A DNA stretch of 64,000 nucleotides from Candidatus Brocadiia bacterium (GCA_052139675.1 JBKQWE010000064.1:4653-68652); one strand, 5' to 3'. Positions 10,791-20,506 are shown, numbered from the stretch's first letter. Made by a program: numbers and translations. The notes: generated from the sequence alone by a model not told the origin.

Positions 10791-12035
10791 ATGCCTGGGG
10801 ATCCGGTGATCGAAGAAGTGCGCGACATCAAACAAGCCGACCCTTCCGCCGCGTCGCGTATCCGCATCCTTCCTCTTGCGCTTGGGGCTGCGCTTATCCT
10901 GCCGGCGTGTTTGCCGGCTCGTGCCGCATTCGGCGAAGCGGCGGCGCTGACGCAGCCGGCCGTCAGGATTGTGCAGGCGCCGGCGGGCTGTTTCGTGCCC
11001 GACGTCGCCGTGGATCCCAAGCGCGCGCTGCACATGGTGTACGCGCTGAACCGCAGCGCCTGGTATATTCGTTCCGCGGACAACGGCGCGACGTTCTCGC
11101 AGCCGGTCCAGGTGAACTCCGAGGGGACGGTTGGGTTCACGATGGGCGAACGCGGGCCGAAGCTGTCCGTCGGCGGCGACGGGGTCATCCACGTCGTCTG
11201 GGCGAACATCTGGTCCCCCGGCGTTCAGACGTTTGCCTACTACGCCCGCAGCCTGGACGGCGGGAAGACGTTCGAGAAGCGCAAGCTCGTCTCTTCGATG
11301 GACGCCCCCGACGGCCTGACGATGACCGCCGACGGCGCCGGCCATGTGCTGGTTTTCTGGCACGTCATGAACCCGCTGCAGAACGAGGTCCCGGCCGCGA
11401 CCTGGCTTTACGTGGCGCGGTCCGACGACAACGGCGACACGTTCAAGCCTGCCGAACGCGTCCAGGTCTCCAACCTCGGCACGCTGGCCTGCGCGATGTG
11501 CCAGATGCGGGCGCGCATCGGCGCCGACGGCAACGCTTGCCTGGCCTTCCGGTCGGCGGAGCACAACATCCGCGACTTCTACGTCCTCAAAGGCCCCGTG
11601 ACCGGGGATCAGTTCACGGCCGTCCGCGTCAATCAGGATAACTGGGAACTCAGGACGTGCCCCATGTGCGGTCCCGAGTTGACGGTCGCCCCGGATGGCC
11701 GGCAGATTTGCGCTTTCATGACCCGGAACAAGGTGTATTGGGCCGTCTCGGACGCGGGAGTGATGCAGTTCAAGCTGCACGTCGCAACGCCGGACAATGA
11801 AGCGGGGGAGCTTTATCCCTCGGCGATCGCGAACCGCAAAGGCGAGGTGCTGTTCGTCTGGCAGGTCGGCCCGATGTCCACCACCGGCACGGCCACGGTT
11901 AAATGGGCGCACTATTCCCCGGACGGCAAATTCACCGGCCGGCAGGGGACCGTCGGCACGACGACTTCCGGCACCAAGGCAACGGAATTTGTTGGCAGCG
12001 ACGACAATTTCTACATTGTCACGACCGCGAAATAA
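10791..12035 (+). CDS. Secreted BNR/Asp-box (sialidase-like) beta-propeller protein
   Basis: Three Asp-boxes (SADNGATF, SLDGGKTF, SDDNGDTF); CAMC and CPMCGP motifs; start uncertain. Confidence 0.7.
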   Translation: MPGDPVIEEVRDIKQADPSAASRIRILPLALGAALILPACLPARAAFGEAAALTQPAVRIVQAPAGCFVPDVAVDPKRALHMVYALNRSAWYIRSADNGATFSQPVQVNSEGTVGFTMGERGPKLSVGGDGVIHVVWANIWSPGVQTFAYYARSLDGGKTFEKRKLVSSMDAPDGLTMTADGAGHVLVFWHVMNPLQNEVPAATWLYVARSDDNGDTFKPAERVQVSNLGTLACAMCQMRARIGADGNACLAFRSAEHNIRDFYVLKGPVTGDQFTAVRVNQDNWELRTCPMCGPELTVAPDGRQICAFMTRNKVYWAVSDAGVMQFKLHVATPDNEAGELYPSAIANRKGEVLFVWQVGPMSTTGTATVKWAHYSPDGKFTGRQGTVGTTTSGTKATEFVGSDDNFYIVTTAK

Positions 12036-12044
12036 TGAAGCGTT

Positions 12045-12758
12045 ATGGACACCCGTGTTCCCATCATCCCGCGCGCCTTGAGCGATGCCGACAGCGCCCT
12101 GGTCCGCCGCGCGAAGACCGGCGACTTTGCGGCCTTCGAGGACTTGGTCAGCCGGCACGAGCGCGGCGTGTATTCGCTGGCGATGAACATGCTGCGGCAG
12201 CGCCAGGATGCGGAAGACGTGGTCCAGACGAGCTTCCTCAGCGCCTTCGAGAACCTGGGGCGTTTCCGCGAAGAGGCGGCCTTCGGCACCTGGGTGCGGA
12301 AGATCGCCGTCCACGCCGCGCTGAAAGTCATCCGGACGCGCAAGAGGGCGCGCATCGAGTCCTTGAAGCATGCGGCGGAGGCGGAGAAAGGCAGCGTGCC
12401 GCACCCGGCCTTCATCGCCGAATGGCGCGACCCGAGCGAAGTCATGGATCGAAAGCGTCTTCAGGAAACCCTGGATCAGGCCATGCGCGCGCTGCCTGAA
12501 AAGCAGCGGCTGGTATTCGTGCTCCGCGATATCGAGGGCCTGTCGGTGCGCGAAGCGGCGCGGCTCCTGGCGATCAGCGAAGGCAACGTGAAAGTGCGCC
12601 TGTTGCGCGCCCGGCTGGCGCTGCGCGAGAGACTGACGCGCGTGTTCGGCCGCGAGGGCGGCGGCATTCTTCCTGCGCATCCGCACGAGGGACGCCGCTC
12701 AACCTCAGCCCAGGCCCTGTTGCGAAATTACCAGCGCCGCGGAAAGGTAAAGCCATGA
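12045..12758 (+). CDS. ECF RNA polymerase sigma factor
   Basis: DAEDVVQTSFL, FGTWVRKIA (region 2); LPEKQRLVFVLRDIEGLS...VKVRLLRAR (region 4). Confidence 0.92.
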   Translation: MDTRVPIIPRALSDADSALVRRAKTGDFAAFEDLVSRHERGVYSLAMNMLRQRQDAEDVVQTSFLSAFENLGRFREEAAFGTWVRKIAVHAALKVIRTRKRARIESLKHAAEAEKGSVPHPAFIAEWRDPSEVMDRKRLQETLDQAMRALPEKQRLVFVLRDIEGLSVREAARLLAISEGNVKVRLLRARLALRERLTRVFGREGGGILPAHPHEGRRSTSAQALLRNYQRRGKVKP

Positions 12759-13030
12759 CGCGGAAGGGTAAAGTCATGAAATGCGCCGACCTGCTGCGCA
12801 TGTTGAACGATTACGTGGATGGCGACATTGATCCGGGCATCTGCAAGGAGTTTGAAAAACACCTTGCAACATGCAATCCCTGCACGATCGTGGTGGACAA
12901 CGTCCGAAAGACGATCACCCTCTACCGGGAGAAAAGCGTGTTCGAGCTTCCCGCCCCATTCCAGGCGCGGCTTCACGCAGCGCTTCGGGAAAAGGGCCGC
13001 TCGAAGCGCGCTGGAAAGCCCAAGCGCTGA
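12755..13030 (+). CDS. zf-HC2 anti-sigma factor
   Basis: C...LNDYVDG...HLATCNPC (HxxxCxxC). Confidence 0.85.
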   Translation: MTRKGKVMKCADLLRMLNDYVDGDIDPGICKEFEKHLATCNPCTIVVDNVRKTITLYREKSVFELPAPFQARLHAALREKGRSKRAGKPKR

Positions 13031-13138
13031 CTCCTCCTCTCTCCGCGCACCTCCTTTTTTGTAACCTTTCGACTCTGCCCGGCTCTATTACATTAGGATG
13101 TGAGTCCGAGGTTGCTTTTTTAGATTGGAGAAACGCTC

Positions 13139-13486
13139 ATGGCAAAGTCGCCCAAAGACGTGCTTGACGAATTTCAGTCCAACATGCCCAAGCTCGCCCG
13201 GGGGCTCCCGCAAGTCGTGGAGGACTTTACGAGAAAGCTCATGCCGGACGTGCTCAAAGACGGCGCGCTGAGCCTCAAGCACAAGGAGCTGATCGCCCTG
13301 GGCATCGCGATCCAGGCCCGGTGCGACTACTGCATCGTCATCCACGTCAAGAAGTGCCTCGAAGCCGGCGCGACGAAGGAGGAAATCGCCGAGGTTTGCG
13401 GCGTCGCTATCCTGATGGGCGGCGGCCTGGCGCTGACCTACTCGACGTTCGTGGCCAAGGCGGTCGAGGAATTCGGGAAGCCGTGA
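13139..13486 (+). CDS. Carboxymuconolactone decarboxylase / AhpD-like protein
   Basis: GALSLKHKELIALGIA...CDYCIVIH...GATKEEI.E. Confidence 0.88.
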   Translation: MAKSPKDVLDEFQSNMPKLARGLPQVVEDFTRKLMPDVLKDGALSLKHKELIALGIAIQARCDYCIVIHVKKCLEAGATKEEIAEVCGVAILMGGGLALTYSTFVAKAVEEFGKP

Positions 13487-13524
13487 TCATCGCGTCGAGG
13501 TTCAAGAGACAGGAGGCTCTGCCC

Positions 13525-13878
13525 ATGCCGGTGCAACGAGCGATAGCCGCTTACAGGACGGAAGGGCTGAACTGCGCCCAGAGCATTCTGCGCGCGTTTC
13601 AGGAGGAGTGCGACATTCCGGAGGAAACGGTCCGGGAAGCCCGGCGGTTCGGTGGGGGCCGTGCTTTGGAAGGCCGTTGCGGAGCGCTTCACGCCGCCTG
13701 CGAACTGTCTGGAGACGAAGCGGCGCGCGACCGCCTCCGCAAGGGGTTTGCCGCAAAGGCCATGTCGGAGCGCTGCCGCGAGATCCGCAAGAGCAACGCG
13801 TTCAGTTGCGAGCAGTGCATCGAACTCGCGGCCGGGTTGCTGAACAGCGCCTTCGCTGAGCTCACGACGCCGCGATGA
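13525..13878 (+). CDS. C-GCAxxG-C-C family putative redox protein
   Basis: NCAQSIL, FGGG...CGAL, CREI, CEQC; AGGAGG RBS. Confidence 0.75.
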   Translation: MPVQRAIAAYRTEGLNCAQSILRAFQEECDIPEETVREARRFGGGRALEGRCGALHAACELSGDEAARDRLRKGFAAKAMSERCREIRKSNAFSCEQCIELAAGLLNSAFAELTTPR

Positions 13879-15343
13879 ACGTGTCCTTCATCCCTTTGTC
13901 CCAGCCGTCCCACAGGAAATCGCCGTAGCGGTCGTCGGCGATGAGGCGGAAGGCGTAGCGCACCTGCTCCTCGTAGAACTCGCAGAACGCGCCGGTCCGG
14001 TCCATGCCGCCGTTCATCTCGTGCGCTTCGGCCGGGCAGGGCGATCCGCAGAAGTGCCGGATGGCGCAGCGGCCGCACGGATCAATCGCCTCGATGCTGC
14101 GTTCGGTGACCTGGCGGAAGGCTTCGCTCTTGAGGACATCGCCCAGCTCGTCCTGGAACAGGTTGCCCCCTTTGAACCGCGGGATGCCGATGAACTCGCT
14201 GCACGGGAAAAGGTCGCCGTTCGGCGCCAGCGCAAAGAAGCAGCGCCCGCCGCCGCACGGCGAGATGTCGCACATCAGCCGGCGCGCCGCCGGCGCCACG
14301 ATGCCCAGCAGGATGTTCGCGAAATTGGCCACGACCAGTTTCCGCCCCGTCTTGCGATAGAGTTCGTGGCTGCGCTCCAGCGCCCCGAGGAAATACCGGG
14401 CCGCTTCGGCGTCGCCGGGCTTGATGGCGCGCGAGGGCGGCAGCGTGCAGCGGACGATATTCAGCAGGCACGTGGGGACCTCCTCGGCGTGGAAGAAGTC
14501 CACCAGGTCGTCCAGGTGACGCAGGTTCTCCTTGGTGACCGTGCAGATCACGCTCCAGTTCTCGTAGCCGCGCAGCCGCCGCATGGCCTTCACGACGGTA
14601 TCGAAGACGCCTTTTCCATCCCAGGTGCGGCGCGTGCGCTGCGCGACGGCCGGGTTGGCGGCATCGAGCGAAAGTCCCAGGCTGACGCCCCGGTCCGTCA
14701 GGAACGTGACGGCCTCCTCGTCGAGCAGGGTGGCGTTCGTCTGAATGCCGAAGAGGAACCGCTCGCGATAGGCCTCGATCGCGGCGAACACGGCCTCGCG
14801 GTTGAGCATCGGTTCCGCGCCGTGGAAGACGATCTGCGGCCGCATCGTCTTCGGCAGCGTGGCCGCGAAGTAGCTGTCCAGGCGCGCCATCGCCTCCATC
14901 AGGCGCTCGCGGCTCATGTGCTCGCCATGCCGGCGCATCTCGCTCGGGATATAGCAGTAGCGGCAGTCCAGGTTGCACCGCTCGGTGGGGTTGAAGTACA
15001 CGGCGGAAGGCTTGAGCCCGAACCGGAGCTTCTGCATCTCGGCGGCGAACGCATCCGCCTTGCGCCGGTAGTCGGCGAGCAGCTTGCCGCCCATTCGAGT
15101 TCCCTCAGGGCGGCCCTGAGCGAGGTCGAATGGGCCGCCCGACAGGGTTTCGCCGACCCGGTCCTTCCGCACCAGCGACCAGAAGGCGGTATCCGGATCA
15201 ATCAGGGCCATGTAATCCGAGTGGCCGATATCAATCGGCTGGAGCGTCGGCCCGTTGCCGGTGTTGATGAAACGGCCCCGCGAGGGGGCCGTTTCATCTT
15301 TCCGGCTTCGGCCGCCGACGTCCTTGGCGGCGGGACGTCGCAT
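13862..15343 (-). CDS. cbpB: Peptide-modifying radical SAM/SPASM enzyme (CbpB type)
   Basis: CNLDCRYC, FHGAEP, SPASM CDISPCGGGRC...PCSEF...CGRCAIRHFCGSPCPAE...FC; ATG overlaps the precursor stop. Confidence 0.85.
   Translation of the reverse strand: MRRPAAKDVGGRSRKDETAPSRGRFINTGNGPTLQPIDIGHSDYMALIDPDTAFWSLVRKDRVGETLSGGPFDLAQGRPEGTRMGGKLLADYRRKADAFAAEMQKLRFGLKPSAVYFNPTERCNLDCRYCYIPSEMRRHGEHMSRERLMEAMARLDSYFAATLPKTMRPQIVFHGAEPMLNREAVFAAIEAYRERFLFGIQTNATLLDEEAVTFLTDRGVSLGLSLDAANPAVAQRTRRTWDGKGVFDTVVKAMRRLRGYENWSVICTVTKENLRHLDDLVDFFHAEEVPTCLLNIVRCTLPPSRAIKPGDAEAARYFLGALERSHELYRKTGRKLVVANFANILLGIVAPAARRLMCDISPCGGGRCFFALAPNGDLFPCSEFIGIPRFKGGNLFQDELGDVLKSEAFRQVTERSIEAIDPCGRCAIRHFCGSPCPAEAHEMNGGMDRTGAFCEFYEEQVRYAFRLIADDRYGDFLWDGWDKGMKDTFIAAS
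15089..15135. repeat. REP-like palindrome inserted in frame in cbpB
   Basis: GCCCATTCGAGTTCCCTCAGGGCGGCCCTGAGCGAGGTCGAATGGGC with GCCGCC duplicated at both ends; encodes PFDLAQGRPEGTRM. Confidence 0.8.
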
Positions 15344-15444
15344 CACTTGCTCCTCTTGGACATCAGGATGTAATGCGACAGACCCGTTCCGCGAGCCTTG
15401 CAGCTCTTCCGCACGGCGATGACGGCCTTCTTCGCTCCCTTCAT
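15343..15444 (-). CDS. cbpA: RiPP precursor peptide (CbpA type), 33 aa
   Basis: Manually translated MKGAKKAVIAVRKSCKARGTGLSHYILMSKRSK; contains the SCxxxGTGLSHYILM motif; TGATG coupling to cbpB. Confidence 0.85.
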   Translation of the reverse strand: MKGAKKAVIAVRKSCKARGTGLSHYILMSKRSK

Positions 15445-15549
15445 GCTTCACCCTTTCTATAAAGGAGCCTCGGAAAACAAAAAAGAGTTCCAACGGACGG
15501 TCTTTCCACCGCCCGTTGAAACCCTTTACCATCGGGTTCCAAAATGTCC

Positions 15550-15720
15550 GGCTCGTTCAGCAGGTCTTCTGGCTTTCGGATCATCCGCCCCTGACGCCTT
15601 CCCGGCCCGCTTTAGCGGGCCAGTGGCTGGCCATCGGCCTGTCAGGCGCGTCCCCGATCACAGCGGCGGGACCGCCACGGATTTTCACCGTGTTCCGGGA
15701 TGCTGAACGACCTGTTTATA
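15550..15720 (-). ncRNA. Cobalamin riboswitch
   Basis: Minus strand GGAACACGGTGAAAATCCGTGGCGGTCCCGCCGCTGTGA...GCCACTG...GGGAAGG...AGCCAGAAGACCTGC (B12 box); boundaries approximate. Confidence 0.9.
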
Positions 15721-15780
15721 ACCAATCCGCTGACTTCATGTCAAGCGTCGTCAGCGGTTGATAGCGGGGATTCCTGGCTC

Positions 15781-16197
15781 CTATCCGCTCATGTCCTGAA
15801 AGAACTCGACCGACTCGCCGCCGGGGCTGCGGACGAAGGCGACGCGGATGGAAGCCGGGCCGGTTCGGGCCGGAAGATCCACGGTCCTCGGCTCGCGGGT
15901 GACCGTCGCGCCGGCCGCCTGCGCGCGCTTCAGCGCGGCGTCGCAATCGGCGGTGCGCAGCGCGAAGTGCATGATGTTCCCTTCCACCGGCGCGGATTTT
16001 CCGCCGGCGAAGATCTCCACGCAGTTGTCGTTGCCCGCGTCGAGCAGCACGGCGCGCCCGTCGCCTTCGCCCCAGGCGAGCCGTTCCTTCAGGCCCAGGC
16101 CTTCCTTGTAGAAGCGCACCGTCTCGTCGAAATCCTTCACCCGGATCGCGACATGATGAAACCCGTTCACGCCGCCCTTCTCTTTTCGCGCCGCCAT
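15781..16197 (-). CDS. VOC/glyoxalase family protein
   Basis: FHHVAIRV, FYKEGLGL, HFALR, FVRSPGGESVEFFQ. Confidence 0.9.
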   Translation of the reverse strand: MAARKEKGGVNGFHHVAIRVKDFDETVRFYKEGLGLKERLAWGEGDGRAVLLDAGNDNCVEIFAGGKSAPVEGNIMHFALRTADCDAALKRAQAAGATVTREPRTVDLPARTGPASIRVAFVRSPGGESVEFFQDMSG

Positions 16198-16849
16198 CGC
16201 TGGACCGCCTTTCCTGGTTGAAATCGCGGAATCGGCCGAACCGACATGGCCGTCATTCTAGCAGCAACCGGAGCGCTGTCAAGCGAACCGTGGCAACCGC
16301 TAGGGGTGTGCGTAGAAGTGGAGCAATTGGTGGGATGGCCGTAAGGGATGGCTAGAGAGTGAGATAGGACAAACATGGAGTAGGCTGGCGCGGGAGCAAT
16401 ATAAGAGTGCGGAGTGGGCGAAATTGGGTTGGGGTGCGATTGGGGTGAGAGAAGAAGTGTGGCGTGAATGACTACGGTTTACGGGGGGTTTACGGCGAGT
16501 TTGGGGAGGATGACAAAAAACGTGCCAAATCTCAAAAAAATCCTAGCGACAAATCCTAGTGACATCCTAGTGACAGAAACTAAAATTAACGAAGAGCCGC
16601 GCCAATATTGAGCGGATTCGCTTTGGAACGAGCCGAATGTTAGGAAAACAAACGAACGCAGCCGTTTCCCTAACGACCTCGTGCCATGCGACAATCGCAT
16701 CCTTAACTCGTTAGGGAAGCGCGCTTTGCAGCAAGAATGGAATGTGAAGCCCCTGCAAAACATTTTTTATATTGCCCCACCTGCGTGCACATATTGCCCC
16801 ACATGTGTGCCCGCCGCTAACCGCGCGCCCTTCCATCGTCACAGCATCT

Positions 16850-17842
16850 TCAGATGTACCGGGTCAGGCTGGGAGGATGCTCTCGGTAAGCCGCATAGAG
16901 CTTCCGCCACGCCGGACTGATTCGCTCTTCGCTAAGCGGCCGCTTGAGGTTCCAGGGGACAAGATGTCCTTCCGTGAAACGACCGCACAGCCGGCAGAAC
17001 CGCTCGAAGTGATCTTCCATCTCGTCCGCGTCTTCCGGCAGATGTTTGCGTCCGATGTCCCACCCGGCCACGCGGTCAATGCCGCCGGCCATCGGGCAGC
17101 CGTAATACCCGAACGGCGTCAGTCCGATGCCCACGATGCTCGGACGCTTGCAAGCGTTGCGATAAGACGCGAACCGGAACCAGGAGGAGTCGGCCGGCGC
17201 CATATTGAAAGCGCCGAACTGCGGCTGCACCGGCGAGTCCTTAAGCGAGAGTGGATCCACGATGATTTCCCGGGGCAGCGACCGGATGATTTCCCGGGCC
17301 TGCGTTCCGAAACCGTTGCTCACGAGGACCACCGAGGTTCCATGCGGGCGCGCGCAGCCCTCCAGGAGTATTCGGAGAATGGCCGCCAACTCCGGATGCA
17401 GAGTCGGTTCGCCTCCCATGACTTTGATCATGCGCCAGACTTTCCCGCGCCGGCGCGACTCCTCCACGAAGCGTTCAATCTGGCTGAGCTCCATGCGCTC
17501 AGCGCTCGGCGCCTGCCGGCAACTGCGGTTGCAGTTGAGGCACTTCAGATTGCATTCATACGTGATGTCAATTTCGATAATATCCCGGCATGACCGGTAC
17601 TGCGGCCCGAGCAACGCCGTCGCGGCCCGGGTGATGCGCGCATGGCGGCAGAGCCGCTTGAGTCCATACACCGCATGGCCGACGGGCGTCAGCCATCCTG
17701 CATAGCGGCACTTATTTTTGGGAAAAGCCACTCGCGGCTCCGACAAGACCGGTCCTGCACTCGCCGCTCGATTTGCCCCTGGATTTGCCGGCAGGTGCTG
17801 TCTCATGCTCGCCCGGGGCCTGTCATGGATGGGACGGCGCAC
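16850..17842 (-). CDS. Radical SAM protein
   Basis: CNLKCLNC, GGEPTLHP, C-terminal CPMA...CRLCG; start uncertain. Confidence 0.8.
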   Translation of the reverse strand: MRRPIHDRPRASMRQHLPANPGANRAASAGPVLSEPRVAFPKNKCRYAGWLTPVGHAVYGLKRLCRHARITRAATALLGPQYRSCRDIIEIDITYECNLKCLNCNRSCRQAPSAERMELSQIERFVEESRRRGKVWRMIKVMGGEPTLHPELAAILRILLEGCARPHGTSVVLVSNGFGTQAREIIRSLPREIIVDPLSLKDSPVQPQFGAFNMAPADSSWFRFASYRNACKRPSIVGIGLTPFGYYGCPMAGGIDRVAGWDIGRKHLPEDADEMEDHFERFCRLCGRFTEGHLVPWNLKRPLSEERISPAWRKLYAAYREHPPSLTRYI

Positions 17843-18842
17843 TCCACCGCGGGACCCACCGTGAAATCAAGCGCCGGATCGTCTGCGCGTGCGACGCCGG
17901 CCGGGCGAGGGCGCCCGATGCTTTTGCGAACTGCGCCGAGGTGTACTTCTCACAGAAGTAGTGGCAATACGACGCGTCGCACGGAGTGGGGCGGGTCTTC
18001 AGTTTGACGTCCTTACGGAGCAGATTGCCCATCGGTTGCCCGGGATCGCAACGGAAGACGTTCCCCTCCGGCGTGATCACCACGAAATTATAACCCGACC
18101 CGCAGAGCCTGCCGTGGTAGCAGTCAAGCCCGTCGAGGAACCGGCCGTCCGAGAACATGTCATGCGTCGGCGGCTCGCCCATCGCCGCCAGGGTCTGCGC
18201 GTACTTCGACCGCGCCGCCGCGAAATACTCCCGCAGGAGCGCCTTATGTTCCGGGGAGTAGCCGCCTGGATAACGTCTGCCTTCGAAGGCGCCGCGCAGC
18301 ATCTTCGGAACCAGAGACAGGCCGTCGCGCTCGAAGCGCGCCGAGATGTCGGAGAAGCGGTCCACCATACGCGGGGTCATCACGAGCGACAGGAGCACGT
18401 TGAACCGTGCCGCCCCCAGCATTTGCGCGCGCGCGATGAACGCGTCGAGGGCGCCGGCCGCCTGTCGCTCCTCATAATGGACGGAGGCGTTGATAAAGTG
18501 AACGCGCCGGGGATCAATCCGGTCGGCGAAATCCCCCGCCGAGCCGCAGGAGAGGTTCGTATTGATGGAGAGGCAATGGCGGCGCGCCAGGCGTTCGCAC
18601 AGCGATACAAGGCCCGGATAGGTGAACGGCTCGCCGCCGGTGATGTGAATCAGCCACACCTTGCCCGTCGAGTCGAACGCGTCGCCCCACTGCTCCACCG
18701 TGCCGAAGACGCGCGCCCCGGCGCCGCGGATGCTGTCGGGAATCCCGCAATACACGCAGCGGAAATTGCACGTCGTGGCCGGACTGAAATCAGCTTCCAC
18801 GTCGTAGTTCATGCTGATCGGGATTTCCGCCGGCGCTCCCAT
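17823..18842 (-). CDS. Radical SAM protein with C-terminal Cys cluster
   Basis: CNFRCVYC, ITGGEP, C..G...GNVFRC...PC...C...C. Confidence 0.85.
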   Translation of the reverse strand: MGAPAEIPISMNYDVEADFSPATTCNFRCVYCGIPDSIRGAGARVFGTVEQWGDAFDSTGKVWLIHITGGEPFTYPGLVSLCERLARRHCLSINTNLSCGSAGDFADRIDPRRVHFINASVHYEERQAAGALDAFIARAQMLGAARFNVLLSLVMTPRMVDRFSDISARFERDGLSLVPKMLRGAFEGRRYPGGYSPEHKALLREYFAAARSKYAQTLAAMGEPPTHDMFSDGRFLDGLDCYHGRLCGSGYNFVVITPEGNVFRCDPGQPMGNLLRKDVKLKTRPTPCDASYCHYFCEKYTSAQFAKASGALARPASHAQTIRRLISRWVPRWSAPSHP

Positions 18843-18937
18843 TTGACCCTTTTCTCAAGCACACGCCCGAACGTCCGCCATTCTACCGGACTGCTCTGCA
18901 TTTGCCAAGGCCGAGTTCAAGGTCGGGAGCCCCGCCG

Positions 18938-20506
18938 TCACGGCGTCGGCTCGCGAGCCGGTTTCCAGTCGTAGATGCCCACGAGCAGTGTGTCGAACAC
19001 CTTGACGGAGCACACCGGCTTCCTTTGAGTGTAGAATTCCCAACAGTGCGGGTAACGGCTCAAGTCGCCCTGGCGGATCAGGAGCACCAGGTAATCCGCC
19101 TCCGAGCTATCCACAAACCGGATGGTCGGCGCCAGCCTGCCGATGGACTGATACTCCGGAAGGGTGCGCTTCTCTATGGGCACCCACAGCGCGCTGCGGG
19201 GATGAGAATTCAGCCAGGGGAGAATCGCCTGGTACGGATTGCCCCAGTACGCGGTCTCAAATCCCCTGGCGGCGGCGCCGTCCACTCCGCCGACGAGCTC
19301 GTTGAAATACGACGACTCGTACGGATGATATCTCACAATGGAACCATAGACCGACACCGCGAAAAGGATCCCATACAGGAAGATGAAAGCGGTTCCCCAT
19401 TTGATCCGGGCGACGATCAGATACAGTTCGCGCACGCCGAGGGCTGCGACGGCGCAAAGGAATGGGAACGCAGGCAGGAAAAGCCTCACGCCGTCATAGG
19501 CCCAGGAGGAGGCGAAAGCGACGGCCAGAATCGGAACCAGCGCGTTCAGGAGCAGGAAAACCGCTGCGGCACGGTGAGTCGAGCGATGCAGCCGCAATAG
19601 TCCCGCGAAGAAGGGGAACAACACGATCAGCGGCACCGTGACGGCCGTCAGGACGAACGCATAATGCCAGGGCGCGCGAAGCCACGTTTTGCCCAGGTAA
19701 TAGACCGGGATCTGGCGATGCGTCAAGACCCACGCGAAATAATCCCAGGTCCGGCCGGCGGGATGCGGCCAGAGCCACGGCCACCCCGCAACAAACACCG
19801 CCGGCGGAATTACCAGAAGAAGAATGAGGTCGCGCACGACGTGCGGGCGTTCCCCGAGGCGCCCGCGGAAACGCCGCCGCAGCAACCGCCACAGGTCGGA
19901 TCGGAACCAGACCACGAACCATGCGAGCAAAAACGCCCAGAGGAACATCCCGTTGATCTTGGTGAGCAGCGAGAGTCCCAGCAGGGCCGATGCGGCGAGC
20001 ATCCATCGAGAATTCTCCAGCCCCCTCCAAAACGCGTAAGCCGTCACGACCCACATCGCTGTAATGGGGAAGTCCAGCACACCCAGATGGGCGTGAAAGA
20101 ACGCCCTGGGAAGAAAGAAGAACGCCAGGACGGCGACCAGCCCGGTCGCCCGGCCCCAGTACTTGCTCACCCACGTGAACAGCACGAAGTTCAGCGCGAA
20201 CCCGTAGAGAAGTGCCTGAAGGCGAAACGCCTTGTAAGGCTGCATAATCCCGAGGCGGTGGCTCAGGAATCTCTGGATGAATCCGCCCGCCAGCGTCCCC
20301 AGCGGCGGGTGGCCTTCGTCCGTGCGCCAGCAGAGGTCAATGCGCGACCAGGTCGGCTTGCTGAACCACGAGACGTGCTGCTCAGCCGCCTGACGGTCTC
20401 CCGGCTCGTCCCAGGTGATCCCGTAGTCATCCAGCGTTGCGAATACGATCCCGCAAAGCGCGAAGCAAAGGATCAACGGCAGATAAGATCTTAGTCGGGC
20501 GAGCAC
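18938..20506 (-). CDS. GT-C (ArnT/PMT, GT39/83-like) glycosyltransferase
   Basis: YGITWDE, HPPL, many TMs, LLTK, YDGVRLFLP. Confidence 0.8.
   Translation of the reverse strand: MLARLRSYLPLILCFALCGIVFATLDDYGITWDEPGDRQAAEQHVSWFSKPTWSRIDLCWRTDEGHPPLGTLAGGFIQRFLSHRLGIMQPYKAFRLQALLYGFALNFVLFTWVSKYWGRATGLVAVLAFFFLPRAFFHAHLGVLDFPITAMWVVTAYAFWRGLENSRWMLAASALLGLSLLTKINGMFLWAFLLAWFVVWFRSDLWRLLRRRFRGRLGERPHVVRDLILLLVIPPAVFVAGWPWLWPHPAGRTWDYFAWVLTHRQIPVYYLGKTWLRAPWHYAFVLTAVTVPLIVLFPFFAGLLRLHRSTHRAAAVFLLLNALVPILAVAFASSWAYDGVRLFLPAFPFLCAVAALGVRELYLIVARIKWGTAFIFLYGILFAVSVYGSIVRYHPYESSYFNELVGGVDGAAARGFETAYWGNPYQAILPWLNSHPRSALWVPIEKRTLPEYQSIGRLAPTIRFVDSSEADYLVLLIRQGDLSRYPHCWEFYTQRKPVCSVKVFDTLLVGIYDWKPAREPTP

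Noticed and set aside
15344-15532. N-terminal extension of cbpB given by the ORF track
   Set aside because: The region encodes the precursor peptide in another frame plus the riboswitch expression platform.
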